Positions 29,164-38,211 are shown, counted from the stretch's first letter. The stretch is DNA of 64,000 bases from Patescibacteria group bacterium (GCA_038065235.1 JBBTRK010000006.1:3255-67254); one strand, 5' to 3'. The notes: a model not told the origin generated them from the letters alone. Program-made: numbers and translations.

Positions 29164-30549
29164 TTACGAGTCAGTTTTTTCTGATGGAACTTCGGGTTTT
29201 GTTTCTTCTGGTGCTTGCGCTTCCGCAACAGGCGCAGCCTCAGCCGGGGCTTCAGTATTCGCTTCGGCTGCTGCAGCAGCTTTGGCGGCTTCAGCTTCTT
29301 CTTTGCTGCGGCGCGGCGCGCCACCTTCACCGACGATATCGATGCGCCAGCCCGTGAGCTTGGCAGCGAGGCGGACGTTCTGGCCAGACTTGCCGATGGC
29401 GAGGGAAAGCTGGTCTTCCTTCACCTCAACTTTGGCGGTATGCGTCTCGTCATCGAGCGTTATGGAGATGACCTTCGCGGGCGAGAGGGCGTTGCCGATG
29501 AAAGCGATGTTATCCTCGGACCATTCGATGATATCAATTTTCTCGCCGCCGAGCTCGTTAATGACCGTCTGCACGCGGCTGCCACGTTGGCCAACACACG
29601 AGCCGATCGGGTCGATGTTCGGCTGCAGGCTAGCGACGGCAATCTTCGAGCGGAAGCCAGCTTCACGCGCCACGGCTTTGATCTCGACCGTCGCGTTCTG
29701 AATTTCTGGCACCTCGAAGGCGAAGAGCTTGCGGACAATTTCTGGGTGGGTGCGGGAGACAATGATCTCTGGCCCTTTGGTCGTGGAGTTCACGGACACA
29801 ATGTAGACTTTGATGCGGGCGCCCGCGCGGTATTGCTCGGTGGGCAGCTGCTCGCTCGGCGGCATAATACCCATGGCGTGGCCAATGTCGAACATGACCA
29901 AGCGGCCTTCCTGTCTCTGGACCGTGGCGTTGAAGAGCTCCCCTTCTTTATCCTTGAATTCTTTGAAGATAATTTCCCGTTCGGCTTCGCGGAGCTGTTG
30001 GATGATTACCTGTTTGGCCGTTTGGGCAGCCATGCGGCCATACGTGGATGGCGGGAAGAGTTCGGTGCGGATGACGTCGCCAATAGCCGCGCCTTTCTTC
30101 AGGGTCTTCGCATCGGTCTTGGTAATTTCGGTTTTCGGGTCGAAGCGTTCGAACACCGGTTCCTCGGGCTGTGCTTCGGTTGTGGCTTCCTCTGCCGCTT
30201 CTGCCTGCTTCAGGGCATGCGCTTCTTCTTCGCTGCGTGCCACGGTTTCCCCGGCGGCAACTTTTGCGGCCCGGTCAGCTTCCTCGGCTTCAATTTTCGC
30301 TTTGCGTTCGGCATCGTAGGCTTCGGTGGTAGCCTTCTTGGTATCTTCCACAACCGTCTTCTCATCGAAAATCCGGCTCGACCCGTCTTCCAGGCTGAAG
30401 TCGACCTTGATATTCTGGTCTTTCTCACCGAAATCCTTGCGGTATGCCACGGCGAGTGCAGCCTCCACGGTGTGGATGACCGAATCCATGGGGATGCGTT
30501 TTTCGTCCGCGATCTGCTTCATTGCGTCGATAATTGGGTTGGCAGCCAT
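29164..30549 (-). CDS. nusA: Transcription termination/antitermination factor NusA
   Basis: GRMAAQTAKQVIIQ..REAER, EVPEI, AREAG.RSKIAV, GSCVGQRGSRV, LSLAIGKSGQNVRLAAKLTGW. Confidence 0.97.
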   Translation of the reverse strand: MAANPIIDAMKQIADEKRIPMDSVIHTVEAALAVAYRKDFGEKDQNIKVDFSLEDGSSRIFDEKTVVEDTKKATTEAYDAERKAKIEAEEADRAAKVAAGETVARSEEEAHALKQAEAAEEATTEAQPEEPVFERFDPKTEITKTDAKTLKKGAAIGDVIRTELFPPSTYGRMAAQTAKQVIIQQLREAEREIIFKEFKDKEGELFNATVQRQEGRLVMFDIGHAMGIMPPSEQLPTEQYRAGARIKVYIVSVNSTTKGPEIIVSRTHPEIVRKLFAFEVPEIQNATVEIKAVAREAGFRSKIAVASLQPNIDPIGSCVGQRGSRVQTVINELGGEKIDIIEWSEDNIAFIGNALSPAKVISITLDDETHTAKVEVKEDQLSLAIGKSGQNVRLAAKLTGWRIDIVGEGGAPRRSKEEAEAAKAAAAAEANTEAPAEAAPVAEAQAPEETKPEVPSEKTDS

Positions 30550-30624
30550 ACGTATGTAGGAAAAAAAGAAACAGCCTCATTCAAGGGCTGTCTAGAGAGG
30601 AGTATACAGTAACCGTGCGGTTCG

Positions 30625-30972
30625 TCAACCCCACACGTCAATCAAGTGTGTGCAGCGAGGCGGGTTTCCAGTAATTCCAATCACATCGATGCGATATGCG
30701 CCTTGGAGTTTGTGTAGAGTGACGTACCATTCGGCCGCGCGGCGCATGCGCTCTAGCTTCTTGCCCATTACCACTTCCTCAGGGTTTCCGAAAGCCGTTG
30801 AGGCACGGAATTTTACCTCGACAAAGACTGTAGTTTTTCTATCATCACACACCAGGTCAATTTCGCCGAACGGTGACCGCACGTTGCGTTCCACAAGCCG
30901 GTAACCCTTTTGGCGCAGAAACTCAGCCGCGAGATCTTCGCCGCGCATTCCACGTTCCTGCGTCAGGCTCAT
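30625..30972 (-). CDS. yraN: YraN family (UPF0102) PD-(D/E)XK protein
   Basis: G..GEDLA..FL...GY....N.R...GEIDL.......VFVEVK.R. Confidence 0.93.
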   Translation of the reverse strand: MSLTQERGMRGEDLAAEFLRQKGYRLVERNVRSPFGEIDLVCDDRKTTVFVEVKFRASTAFGNPEEVVMGKKLERMRRAAEWYVTLHKLQGAYRIDVIGITGNPPRCTHLIDVWG

Positions 30973-31063
30973 AGATCCCGCAATTAGACTTGGTGAAAAG
31001 ATGTCTGCGGGATGACGCGCGCAAAAATGCAGTTTTGATGTATTTGCAGGTCCATTGCCCGCG

Positions 31064-31618
31064 TCACTTCTTGAAGACAAGGCCGAAGTGGTACGGCCCA
31101 GGTTTCATTTCCTCCACGAAGAGGAAGCCGGCATCTTCCGCCGAGCGTCGAATGTCTGAAGCGTGGATGAGCTGTTCACGGTGCGGTCCCATCTTCACGC
31201 CTGTAATTTTCCAGTCAATAATGAGAAGGCGGCCGCCGGTTTTGAGCATGCGGTACGTCTCGCGCAGAATGTCTGGGTGGCGGTGCGATTGGAAGAGGAG
31301 GTTGATGAGCAAGCTGACATCGACAACTTCATCGCGCACCAAGCGGGCGCCGCGGTACACCTCGAGGTTGGACCACACGGGTACGATGTTCGCGAGGTCT
31401 GCCAAACGTGCGCGGCTGACGAGGTTGGAGAGTGCGGACTTCAGCACGTCGATGCCGAAGACCGTCCCCTTGCTCCCGACCATCTTCGCTGCTTGCAGCA
31501 CGAAGTACCCCGAGCCGCCGCAGCCGAGGTCAGCCACGACCATGCCTGGCCCCACGCCCATGCGGCGCAGGATGTGTTCAGTGTGGAAGAGGGTTGTGCC
31601 CGAGGGGATTTTCGCCAT
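31064..31618 (-). CDS. Class I SAM-dependent methyltransferase
   Basis: VADLGCGGSG, LKTGGRLLIIDW, GPYHFGL. Confidence 0.88.
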   Translation of the reverse strand: MAKIPSGTTLFHTEHILRRMGVGPGMVVADLGCGGSGYFVLQAAKMVGSKGTVFGIDVLKSALSNLVSRARLADLANIVPVWSNLEVYRGARLVRDEVVDVSLLINLLFQSHRHPDILRETYRMLKTGGRLLIIDWKITGVKMGPHREQLIHASDIRRSAEDAGFLFVEEMKPGPYHFGLVFKK

Positions 31619-31624
31619 AGTATT

Positions 31625-32437
31625 TTACCGTTGTGTTCGCTTCGCGCGCTTCTTCGCTCGAGGTGCTCTCTTCTTTATACTCTTCTTCAGCTTCTTTGTC
31701 TGGATGACGCGTTTCTTCGGTTTACCAGTTGCGACCCGCGTGCGTCCTCGTCGAGTGGGTTTTGCTTTACGGAACACCGTAGGTTTCTTCTTCTTATTTA
31801 TGAATTTTTTCGAAGCTTTTTGGGCTGCCGTTTGAACAGGTGCAAAACTCATCCTGTGTGCCAGTGTTGGGCCGTGCATGGCGAGGAGCTTGGCGTGCAA
31901 GGGCGTACCGTAACCCTTGTGCACGTGAAAGTGGAATTTGGGGTACAGCCGGTTGAGCTCCGAGCTCATGATTTGGTCGCGCACAACCTTGGCGATGATT
32001 GATGCGGCGCTGATGCTCCGCTCCAGCGCATCGCCGTCGATGATGTTCACGACCGGTGTTGCACCGAGGTCGATTTTGAACGCATCTACTAAGACCGCAT
32101 CGGGGGAGACGTGGAGCTTCTCCACAGCTTTCTTCAGTGCAGCAAGGTTCGCTTTGTGTACGCCGTCCTTATCGATTTCGGTAACGGGTACGACGTATGC
32201 TGTCCAGGCCAGAGCTTTCTTCGTAATCGAAACGAACGCCCGTTCGCGCTGCGTCGGGGTTAACATTTTCGAATCGTAGAGCTCGGTGGGAATATCCGTC
32301 TCGTCCAAAATTACCGCCGCGGTCACCAGCGGTCCTGCCCAGCTGCCTTTTCCTGCCTCATCCACTCCAGCAATCAGCCGATGTCCTGCTTTTCGCAATT
32401 TCGTTTCGTGGTGGTTGGTGGGGGCTGATTTTGGCAT
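31625..32437 (-). CDS. rnhB: Ribonuclease HII with Lys/Arg-rich C-terminal tail
   Basis: IAGVDEAG.G..AGP, DSK.L, LVD, GDA...SISAASIIAKV.RD, HKGYGT..H, HR.SF. Confidence 0.93.
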   Translation of the reverse strand: MPKSAPTNHHETKLRKAGHRLIAGVDEAGKGSWAGPLVTAAVILDETDIPTELYDSKMLTPTQRERAFVSITKKALAWTAYVVPVTEIDKDGVHKANLAALKKAVEKLHVSPDAVLVDAFKIDLGATPVVNIIDGDALERSISAASIIAKVVRDQIMSSELNRLYPKFHFHVHKGYGTPLHAKLLAMHGPTLAHRMSFAPVQTAAQKASKKFINKKKKPTVFRKAKPTRRGRTRVATGKPKKRVIQTKKLKKSIKKRAPRAKKRAKRTQR

Positions 32438-32477
32438 GCAGCCAGTATACTCTATCCCTGTCTTTTTTACACAAAAA

Positions 32478-32895
32478 TAAAAGGGCTCGAGGCCTGTATA
32501 TCATAGAGATTAAGAGGCTGAGCCCTTAAATAGTTTAGTGAGTAGACGTGGGCCACCCGGTTCGCAACTCCTCAACGAGAGCAGTCGTCAACCGGGCAGC
32601 TCATGCCATGAACCTCGCTAAACTTTGCATTCATCGTTTTCCACATTTCTCGATGAATAGTGACTACCACTCTTGTGGTTATACCCCTTGCCCGAAAGCG
32701 TAAGAGTTAACCTTTTATGCTAGGGAATTTTTATATTCTCCTAGTTTTTCTTTTCAGTCAGCCGTGTGGACGGCTATGACGAGTAGTAGAACAGAAGCCC
32801 CACAACGTTTGGTAGTGCCAGCTGTCGTACTTCTCGTTTCCTTGGGTTTTCCAAGGGTAGTAGTCTGCGGATTCAAGGAGCGTTCTTAATTTCTA
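32478..32895 (-). ncRNA. Candidate unannotated structured ncRNA (~420 nt)
   Basis: No ORF of 60 aa or more; promoter upstream, terminator downstream; about 8 consecutive hairpins, some with G-U pairs that form only on the minus strand. Confidence 0.55.
32481..32527 (-). terminator. Terminator-like hairpin closing the non-coding unit
   Basis: AAGGGCTCAGCCT...AGGCCTCGAGCCCTT followed by TTATTTTT on the minus strand. Confidence 0.65.
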
Positions 32896-32900
32896 TCAGG

Positions 32901-32929
32901 AGTATAGCACCATTTTGACCCCATGTCAA
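32901..32929 (-). promoter_or_regulatory. sigma70 promoter TTGACA-N17-TATACT
   Basis: Minus strand reads TTGACAtggggtcaaaatggtgcTATACT. Confidence 0.85.
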
Positions 32930-32961
32930 CAATTTGGTGTGGCTAAGGTTAGCCAAAATGC

Positions 32962-33522
32962 CTACAGGCCTTTCTTCCAGGCTTGGAATTTGGCTTTTAC
33001 CTTCCGGACGACCGTCGGGATAGGGATACGGCTGGTGTTGAGGACGAAGTCGTACTGGTCTTTCTGCAGGAAGTCTACCCCGTAGAGTATGCGGTAGCGC
33101 TTCCGGTCAGAGCGCACGCGTTTCGCATGGAGGCGCATCACGGAAGCAATTGACTGCTGTTCTCCCAGTTCGCTCTGCCGTTCGCGGCGGTTCTGCAGCG
33201 TCCGCTTAGCACCGATGCGTGGGCTTACGGTGAGCAGGACTTTAAAAGAGCTCGGGAAGAAGTGCCAGGCGGTCCGGCTGCTGATGACGATGCGTGGTTG
33301 GTGGCTAACCGTTCGAACGAGCTGCTGGTCAAAGGCTTTGTCTCCAGCATTTGGGTGCGCCTCTGACCAGGCATTAAACTCGTGGAGCGACATGCCTTTC
33401 TGCTGCGCGGCCTTCCGGCGAAGCTGCCCGACGTCTATTGTCTTGTAACGCAGGAGCTTGGCCAAGCGGTCCGTGACTGTCGATTTTCCTGACCCCGGCG
33501 CGCCGTTGATGGTGATGATCAT
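32962..33522 (-). CDS. cmk: Cytidylate kinase (archaeal-type/AAA family)
   Basis: MIITINGAPGSGKST, G..RR..A...GMSL.EF, D..RY..LYG.D.....YD.VLNT. Confidence 0.8.
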   Translation of the reverse strand: MIITINGAPGSGKSTVTDRLAKLLRYKTIDVGQLRRKAAQQKGMSLHEFNAWSEAHPNAGDKAFDQQLVRTVSHQPRIVISSRTAWHFFPSSFKVLLTVSPRIGAKRTLQNRRERQSELGEQQSIASVMRLHAKRVRSDRKRYRILYGVDFLQKDQYDFVLNTSRIPIPTVVRKVKAKFQAWKKGL

Positions 33523-33565
33523 CGGTTACGAATTACGAATAGAGATACGAAATACGAATCGGGGA

Positions 33566-33964
33566 CTATTTAGGCTTTCCTAGTAGTAAGAAGTCTAGCG
33601 CAAAAATTGTTGCAATGAACAGTCCGAAGGCAGAGTACGTCCATACGTGCGTGACGTACCAGATGTTCGCAGCGTAGCAAATTGCAATCAGGATGAGCGC
33701 CGTTTTCAGCGCGTACGTGGTGAACTGCAGTGCCGGGTGTTTATCCCAGCCAATGAATTGTCGCGCCGTGAAGAAGAAGTCCAGAATTACTGCCAGTGCA
33801 CTTACCGCACCCGCGGCAATGAGTTGTTCGGATAAGCCGTAGCGCGTGGCGGCGAAGGCCATGATGATGACCACCACCCAACAGCGGAAGAGGTCGGTGA
33901 TGATAAGTATAGTGCCGGCGAAATTACGACCGGGTTGAAGGTGGTGCCAATGCCTTGCGATCAT
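33566..33964 (-). CDS. Hypothetical 4-TM membrane protein
   Basis: Hydrophobic helices; TATCCT 6 nt before ATG. Confidence 0.7.
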   Translation of the reverse strand: MIARHWHHLQPGRNFAGTILIITDLFRCWVVVIIMAFAATRYGLSEQLIAAGAVSALAVILDFFFTARQFIGWDKHPALQFTTYALKTALILIAICYAANIWYVTHVWTYSAFGLFIATIFALDFLLLGKPK

Positions 33965-34009
33965 GAGAAAAGGATAGCATGCCTTGTCAATGCGAGCCCG
34001 CCATATTTT

Positions 34010-34102
34010 TTGTCATCCTGAGCAACAGCGAAGGATCTTGCACGCTTTTGAAGAGTACGGCAAGATTCTTCGGCCTCGGTGAGCTCGGCCTCAGAATGAC
34101 AA
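34010..34102. repeat. Palindromic element family A
   Basis: Reverse complement of 23565-23656 apart from the central loop. Confidence 0.9.
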
Positions 34103-34142
34103 TTGGAAAACCCAAGCGGCAGTGTAGCTGTGGAAAACTCGG

Positions 34143-34535
34143 CTACTTACGCAAAACCCAGGCGATGTTGAAGTCCTGCGCCTCGAAGAACTTCTTGGCG
34201 AAATCTGCAACGACGTTGGGGTCGTAGAACTTGCAGCTGAAGATATCCAGGTAGATGTTGTTGCTCTGGTTGGCGAAATGGCCGGAGATGAGGGACGTCT
34301 CGATGAGCTGGGTCATGGAGAAGCCGGCGACGCGCTCATCTTCACCGAAGTCAACAACGACGGTATCGCCGAAGCGTTTCATGCCTATGAGGTCGCAGAG
34401 TTCGCGGACAAACTGTTTGATTTTTTCTGCATCCCGGAGCGTTGTCGGATTGCAGGTGTGCAGGTCGAGCTGCGTGGCGAGGCCCCAGGCGTCGGTGCTC
34501 TCGTAGCGCTGCTGCAGGTCGGCGACACTTTCCAT
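34143..34535 (-). CDS. speD: S-adenosylmethionine decarboxylase proenzyme (class 1B-like)
   Basis: WG....LDL..C, G.S..QLIETSLISGHF......YLDIFSCK.YD. Confidence 0.85.
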   Translation of the reverse strand: MESVADLQQRYESTDAWGLATQLDLHTCNPTTLRDAEKIKQFVRELCDLIGMKRFGDTVVVDFGEDERVAGFSMTQLIETSLISGHFANQSNNIYLDIFSCKFYDPNVVADFAKKFFEAQDFNIAWVLRK

Positions 34536-34611
34536 TTCTTTTGGTGGTTAAGAAGAATTCAGCAATATATATTGTACGGCATGGAGCTGCAGGCGCAAGA
34601 GTTTTCCCCTC

Positions 34612-34726
34612 TGTCATTGCGAGCCCGAATCTTACGAGGGCGCGGCAATCCCGTTTTTTGGTGTGTAGCCACGAGCCCTCGCTCGTGGTTCAGATTAAAG
34701 CCCGCAGCGAGGGCTGCGGGCTACAC
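34612..34726. repeat. Half copy of family B palindrome followed by an inverted GTAG-type REP doublet
   Basis: TGTCATTGCGAG...GGCAATC; then GTAGCCACGAGCCCTCGCTCGTGG and inverted GTAGCCCGCAGCCCTCGCTGCGGG. Confidence 0.75.
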
Positions 34727-34766
34727 GATAATGGCGCCGCCCGCGTTGGGATGTTTTTGTAACCAA

Positions 34767-34792
34767 AAGCCGCTCGGAAATCCGAGCGGCTT
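34767..34792 (-). terminator. pnp terminator
   Basis: AAGCCGCTCGGA/TCCGAGCGGCTT perfect stem. Confidence 0.8.
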
Positions 34793-34812
34793 GTTCAATC
34801 AATTACTTATGC

Positions 34813-37113
34813 TTACTCGCGTCGGCGGAAGTGGCCACCATCACCGCCACCCCGGGGGCCGTTGAAGCCGCGCGGGCCGCGGTGGTCTCGGCCACCAGTG
34901 CCGTTGAAGCCACCTTGGCCACCCGTATCAAAGGCAGACTCTGGAATGACCAGGTCGCTTTCGGCACCCAAGGCTTTCACCGAGAGGCTAATGCGGCCAC
35001 GCTCCTTGTCCACCTCCATGACCTTCACCTTCAGCTTCTGGCCAACCTGGACAATGTCCGAGACAGCGCGGATGCGGGCCGAGGCGAATTCGGAAATGTG
35101 GACCATGCCATCTTTGCCCGGAGCGAACTCCACAATGGCGCCAATCTCGCCGCCGCTGTTACGGTCCTTCATGATTTGGGTCACCGTGCCTTCGAAGATC
35201 TCACCAACCACGACCTCGCGGGTGATGTTCTTAATCCACTCCTCAGCCTTCTTGGCCATTTCCGAATTGGTGGAGGTAATGAAGATTAAACCGTCGTCAT
35301 CGATGTCGATCTTGGTCACGTCTGCACCGCCGCACTCGTCAATAATCTTGTTGATGGTCTCGCCACCCTTGCCAATGACGTCGCGGATGAGCTCGGGGTT
35401 GATGCGGATGCTGGTGATGCGCGGGGCGTACGGCGACAGCTCTTTGCGCGGCTCGGCAATTGCCTTGGCCATGACGTCCAGAATCTGCAACCGGGCCTTC
35501 TGCGCGCCGGTGAGTGCTTCCTTTACCATGTCCATGGTCAGCCCATCTACCTTGATGTCTACCTGGATGGCGGTGATGCCCTTGGTGGTACCAGCAACTT
35601 TGAAGTCCATGCCACCAGCGTGGTCTTCAAGGCCTTGGATGTCGGTGATGACTTTATATTTGCTTGCGTCCTTTGGGTCGACAATGAGACCCATGGCAAT
35701 GCCGGCAACCGGCGCGCTAATTGGTACGCCCGCGTCCATGAGCGCCAGGGACGAGCCGCACGCCGAGGCTTGCGAGGTTGAGCCATTGCTGGAGAGCACT
35801 TCGCTCACCACGCGGATGGTGTAGGGGAAAGATTCCTTATCTGGCAGCACAGGCATGAGTGCCTTTTCGGCGAGGGCGCCGTGGCCAATTTCGCGGCGTC
35901 CGGGGCCGCGGTTCGGTTTCACCTCACCAACCGAGTAGGAGGGGAAGTTGTAGTGGTGCATGTAGCGCTTCTTGCCATTCTCTTCCATACCGTCCAGGGT
36001 CTGCTCATCGCCCGGCGAACCGAGCGTGACAATGGACATAACCTGCGTCTCGCCACGTTGGAAGACGCCAGTGCCGTGCGTGCGCGGGAGCAGCGCAACT
36101 TCCGCAGAGAGCGAGCGGAGTTCATCCACCCCGCGGCCATCCACGCGCTTGCCGGTTTCCAGCACCAGGGCCATCGCGGCTTCGCTGATGAATTCATCCA
36201 GCATGCCCACGCCTATAGCACGCTCATCCTTGCTTACTTCATTATCCGCTTTGAGCATGACGTCGAGTTCAGCAGTCAAATTCTTTATTGCTGTGCTCTG
36301 CGCTTGCTTGGTCGGGTCCACGAAGAGGCTCTGCTCCTTCTCGGCAGTGAAGAACGCCTCTACCTTCGCATGGAGCTTTTTTTTCATATCAGCGTCAGCG
36401 CCTTCAGTAGCGATGACGATCTTCGGCTTGCCCACCGCAGCAACCACCTGCTCGATGAGCTCGATGATCTTGCGGTTGTGCTTCAATCCGAACTCCACAG
36501 CACCGGCGACGGTCGCTTCGTCTACCTGCTTAGCACCAGCTTCAATCATCACGGCTTTCTCTTTGCTCGCTGCTAGCACGAGGTCTAGGTCGGACTTCAG
36601 GCGTGCTTCGTAAGAGGGGTTCAGCACCCACTCGCCGTTGATCTGGCCGACGCGAACGCCGGCGATTGGGCCGTTCCACGGAATTTCGGACATGGAGAGC
36701 ACGGTGGCAGCGCCGATGAGCGCTGGCATGTCGGGGTCATTCTCCTGGTCGACGGAGAGGACGAGCACGGAAACCTGCACGTCGTTGCGCATCCGGCTAT
36801 CGAACAATGGCCGGACCGAGCGGTCTATGACGCGGCCGGTGAGAATAGCCTCGTCGGTCGGTCGGCCTTCACGCTTGATGAAGCGCGAGCCCTTAATTTT
36901 CCCGGCGGCGTAGAGGCGTTCCTCGTAGTCCACCATGAGCGGGAAGTAGTCTATACCTTCGCGCACTTTACCAGAGCGCACGACGGTGGCGAGCACGACG
37001 GTGTCGCCGTACTGGACGGTGCACGCGGCGTTCGCCAGGCCGGCGTACTTGCCCGTCTGGATGCTGAGGGTCTTGCCGCCGATGTCGGCGGTGAATGTCT
37101 TGATGTCTGCCAT
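34813..37113 (-). CDS. pnp: Polyribonucleotide nucleotidyltransferase (PNPase)
   Basis: DYFPL.VDY.E, REGRP, RVDGR, RREIGHG.LA, SNGSTS, MDFKVAGT, KH and S1 domains. Confidence 0.97.
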   Translation of the reverse strand: MADIKTFTADIGGKTLSIQTGKYAGLANAACTVQYGDTVVLATVVRSGKVREGIDYFPLMVDYEERLYAAGKIKGSRFIKREGRPTDEAILTGRVIDRSVRPLFDSRMRNDVQVSVLVLSVDQENDPDMPALIGAATVLSMSEIPWNGPIAGVRVGQINGEWVLNPSYEARLKSDLDLVLAASKEKAVMIEAGAKQVDEATVAGAVEFGLKHNRKIIELIEQVVAAVGKPKIVIATEGADADMKKKLHAKVEAFFTAEKEQSLFVDPTKQAQSTAIKNLTAELDVMLKADNEVSKDERAIGVGMLDEFISEAAMALVLETGKRVDGRGVDELRSLSAEVALLPRTHGTGVFQRGETQVMSIVTLGSPGDEQTLDGMEENGKKRYMHHYNFPSYSVGEVKPNRGPGRREIGHGALAEKALMPVLPDKESFPYTIRVVSEVLSSNGSTSQASACGSSLALMDAGVPISAPVAGIAMGLIVDPKDASKYKVITDIQGLEDHAGGMDFKVAGTTKGITAIQVDIKVDGLTMDMVKEALTGAQKARLQILDVMAKAIAEPRKELSPYAPRITSIRINPELIRDVIGKGGETINKIIDECGGADVTKIDIDDDGLIFITSTNSEMAKKAEEWIKNITREVVVGEIFEGTVTQIMKDRNSGGEIGAIVEFAPGKDGMVHISEFASARIRAVSDIVQVGQKLKVKVMEVDKERGRISLSVKALGAESDLVIPESAFDTGGQGGFNGTGGRDHRGPRGFNGPRGGGDGGHFRRRE

Positions 37114-37248
37114 AGGGCGGACCTTTCTTTGGCTCCGCCGCACCCACAGTTTGCAGTCAGGAGAGCGCGTCGCTGGGACGTGGGCTACTGACTTCAAACT
37201 ACGAACGCGAGCTGGAGCTTGGTTAAGAGAGAAAACGAGTGAGTGAGT

Positions 37249-37788
37249 TTAGCGGCGCAACAGGCGCAGGCGGCCTTCGCGCGCGAGCTTGCTAGGAATC
37301 AGGAACGAGCGCTTGTCGATGGAGAGGTCGGTGAATTGGTCAACGGCTTCTTTGAGCTTGATGGAGGCAGCGAGGCCGAAGGCCATGCCTTCCACGCGGA
37401 CGCCTTCATGTTGCAGGGCGCGGACGAGGGGGACGAAGTCGCCGTCGCCAGTGATGAGGATGACCACGTCAACCTTCTTGGCGTAGCGCAGGGCGTCAAT
37501 AGCGATACCGACATCCCAGTCACCTTTCTTCGTACCGTCGCCGAAGACCTGCAGTTCTTTCATCCGGAGTTCGTAGCCAACTTTCGTGAGCAGTTCAAAG
37601 AATTTTTCCTCTTCTGGCGTCTGGTTGCTAATGCCGTAGGCGAACGCGCGGATGAGTTTGCGGTTGCCCACGCCCTTCTCCAGAATTGCACCAAAGTTTG
37701 GCCGGCTGCCGTGGAGGCGCCGAGCCGAGTGGTAGAGGTTGGAGAGGTCTACGAAGACGCCGATGCGTTGGTCTGCGGTGGAAATCAT
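37249..37788 (-). CDS. NYN domain protein (LabA/DUF88)
   Basis: VFVDLSN, KGDWDVGIAID, GDGDFVP. Confidence 0.92.
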   Translation of the reverse strand: MISTADQRIGVFVDLSNLYHSARRLHGSRPNFGAILEKGVGNRKLIRAFAYGISNQTPEEEKFFELLTKVGYELRMKELQVFGDGTKKGDWDVGIAIDALRYAKKVDVVILITGDGDFVPLVRALQHEGVRVEGMAFGLAASIKLKEAVDQFTDLSIDKRSFLIPSKLAREGRLRLLRR

Positions 37789-38087
37789 TATTCGGCTGGG
37801 GCGGTGGGAATCACGTAGGTCTGGGCTTTGAGCTTGAGCTTCTTGGCGAGCTCCTCGAAGCGGGTGTTGTCTTCACGCTGCAGGTACACCATGAGGCGGC
37901 GGCGCTGGCCGACCTTCTTCAGCAGTCCACGACGAGAGCTGAAATCCTTCTTGTGGGTTTTCAGGTGGTCTGTCAGGTGGGTGATTTCGTACGAGAGTAT
38001 GGCAATTTGGACCTCGGGCGAGCCCGTGTCCCCTTCGTGGGTCTTGTACTTCTTGATAATCCTATCCTTGGCAGTCTTGTCGAGCAT
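37788..38087 (-). CDS. rpsO: 30S ribosomal protein S15
   Basis: [12 protein letters not shown]...[25 protein letters not shown]. Confidence 0.97.
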   Translation of the reverse strand: MLDKTAKDRIIKKYKTHEGDTGSPEVQIAILSYEITHLTDHLKTHKKDFSSRRGLLKKVGQRRRLMVYLQREDNTRFEELAKKLKLKAQTYVIPTAPAE

Positions 38088-38101
38088 AGCGTGATCCTTT
38101 C

Positions 38102-38161
38102 GCGGTGACCTAGCCACCCCGAGCAATGTCGAGGGGGAGCCGATGTCACCGTACCAGTGAA
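38102..38161 (-). promoter_or_regulatory. Structured 5' leader of rpsO (candidate S15 autoregulatory RNA)
   Basis: CGGTGAC/GTCACCG-closed long hairpin directly 5' of the AAGGA RBS. Confidence 0.45.
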
Positions 38162-38211
38162 TATTGAGACGCAGAGACTATAGCGGGATTGGCTAATGCT
38201 GTCAACCTTCA

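Noticed and set aside
29215-30612. 465-aa plus-strand ORF, and similar long antisense ORFs over pnp, hppA and tig
   Set aside because: Antisense shadows of high-GC3 conserved genes, with no motifs of their own
32478-32895. RNase P RNA, tmRNA or SRP RNA identity for the non-coding unit
   Set aside because: Their conserved motifs were not found by eye on either strand
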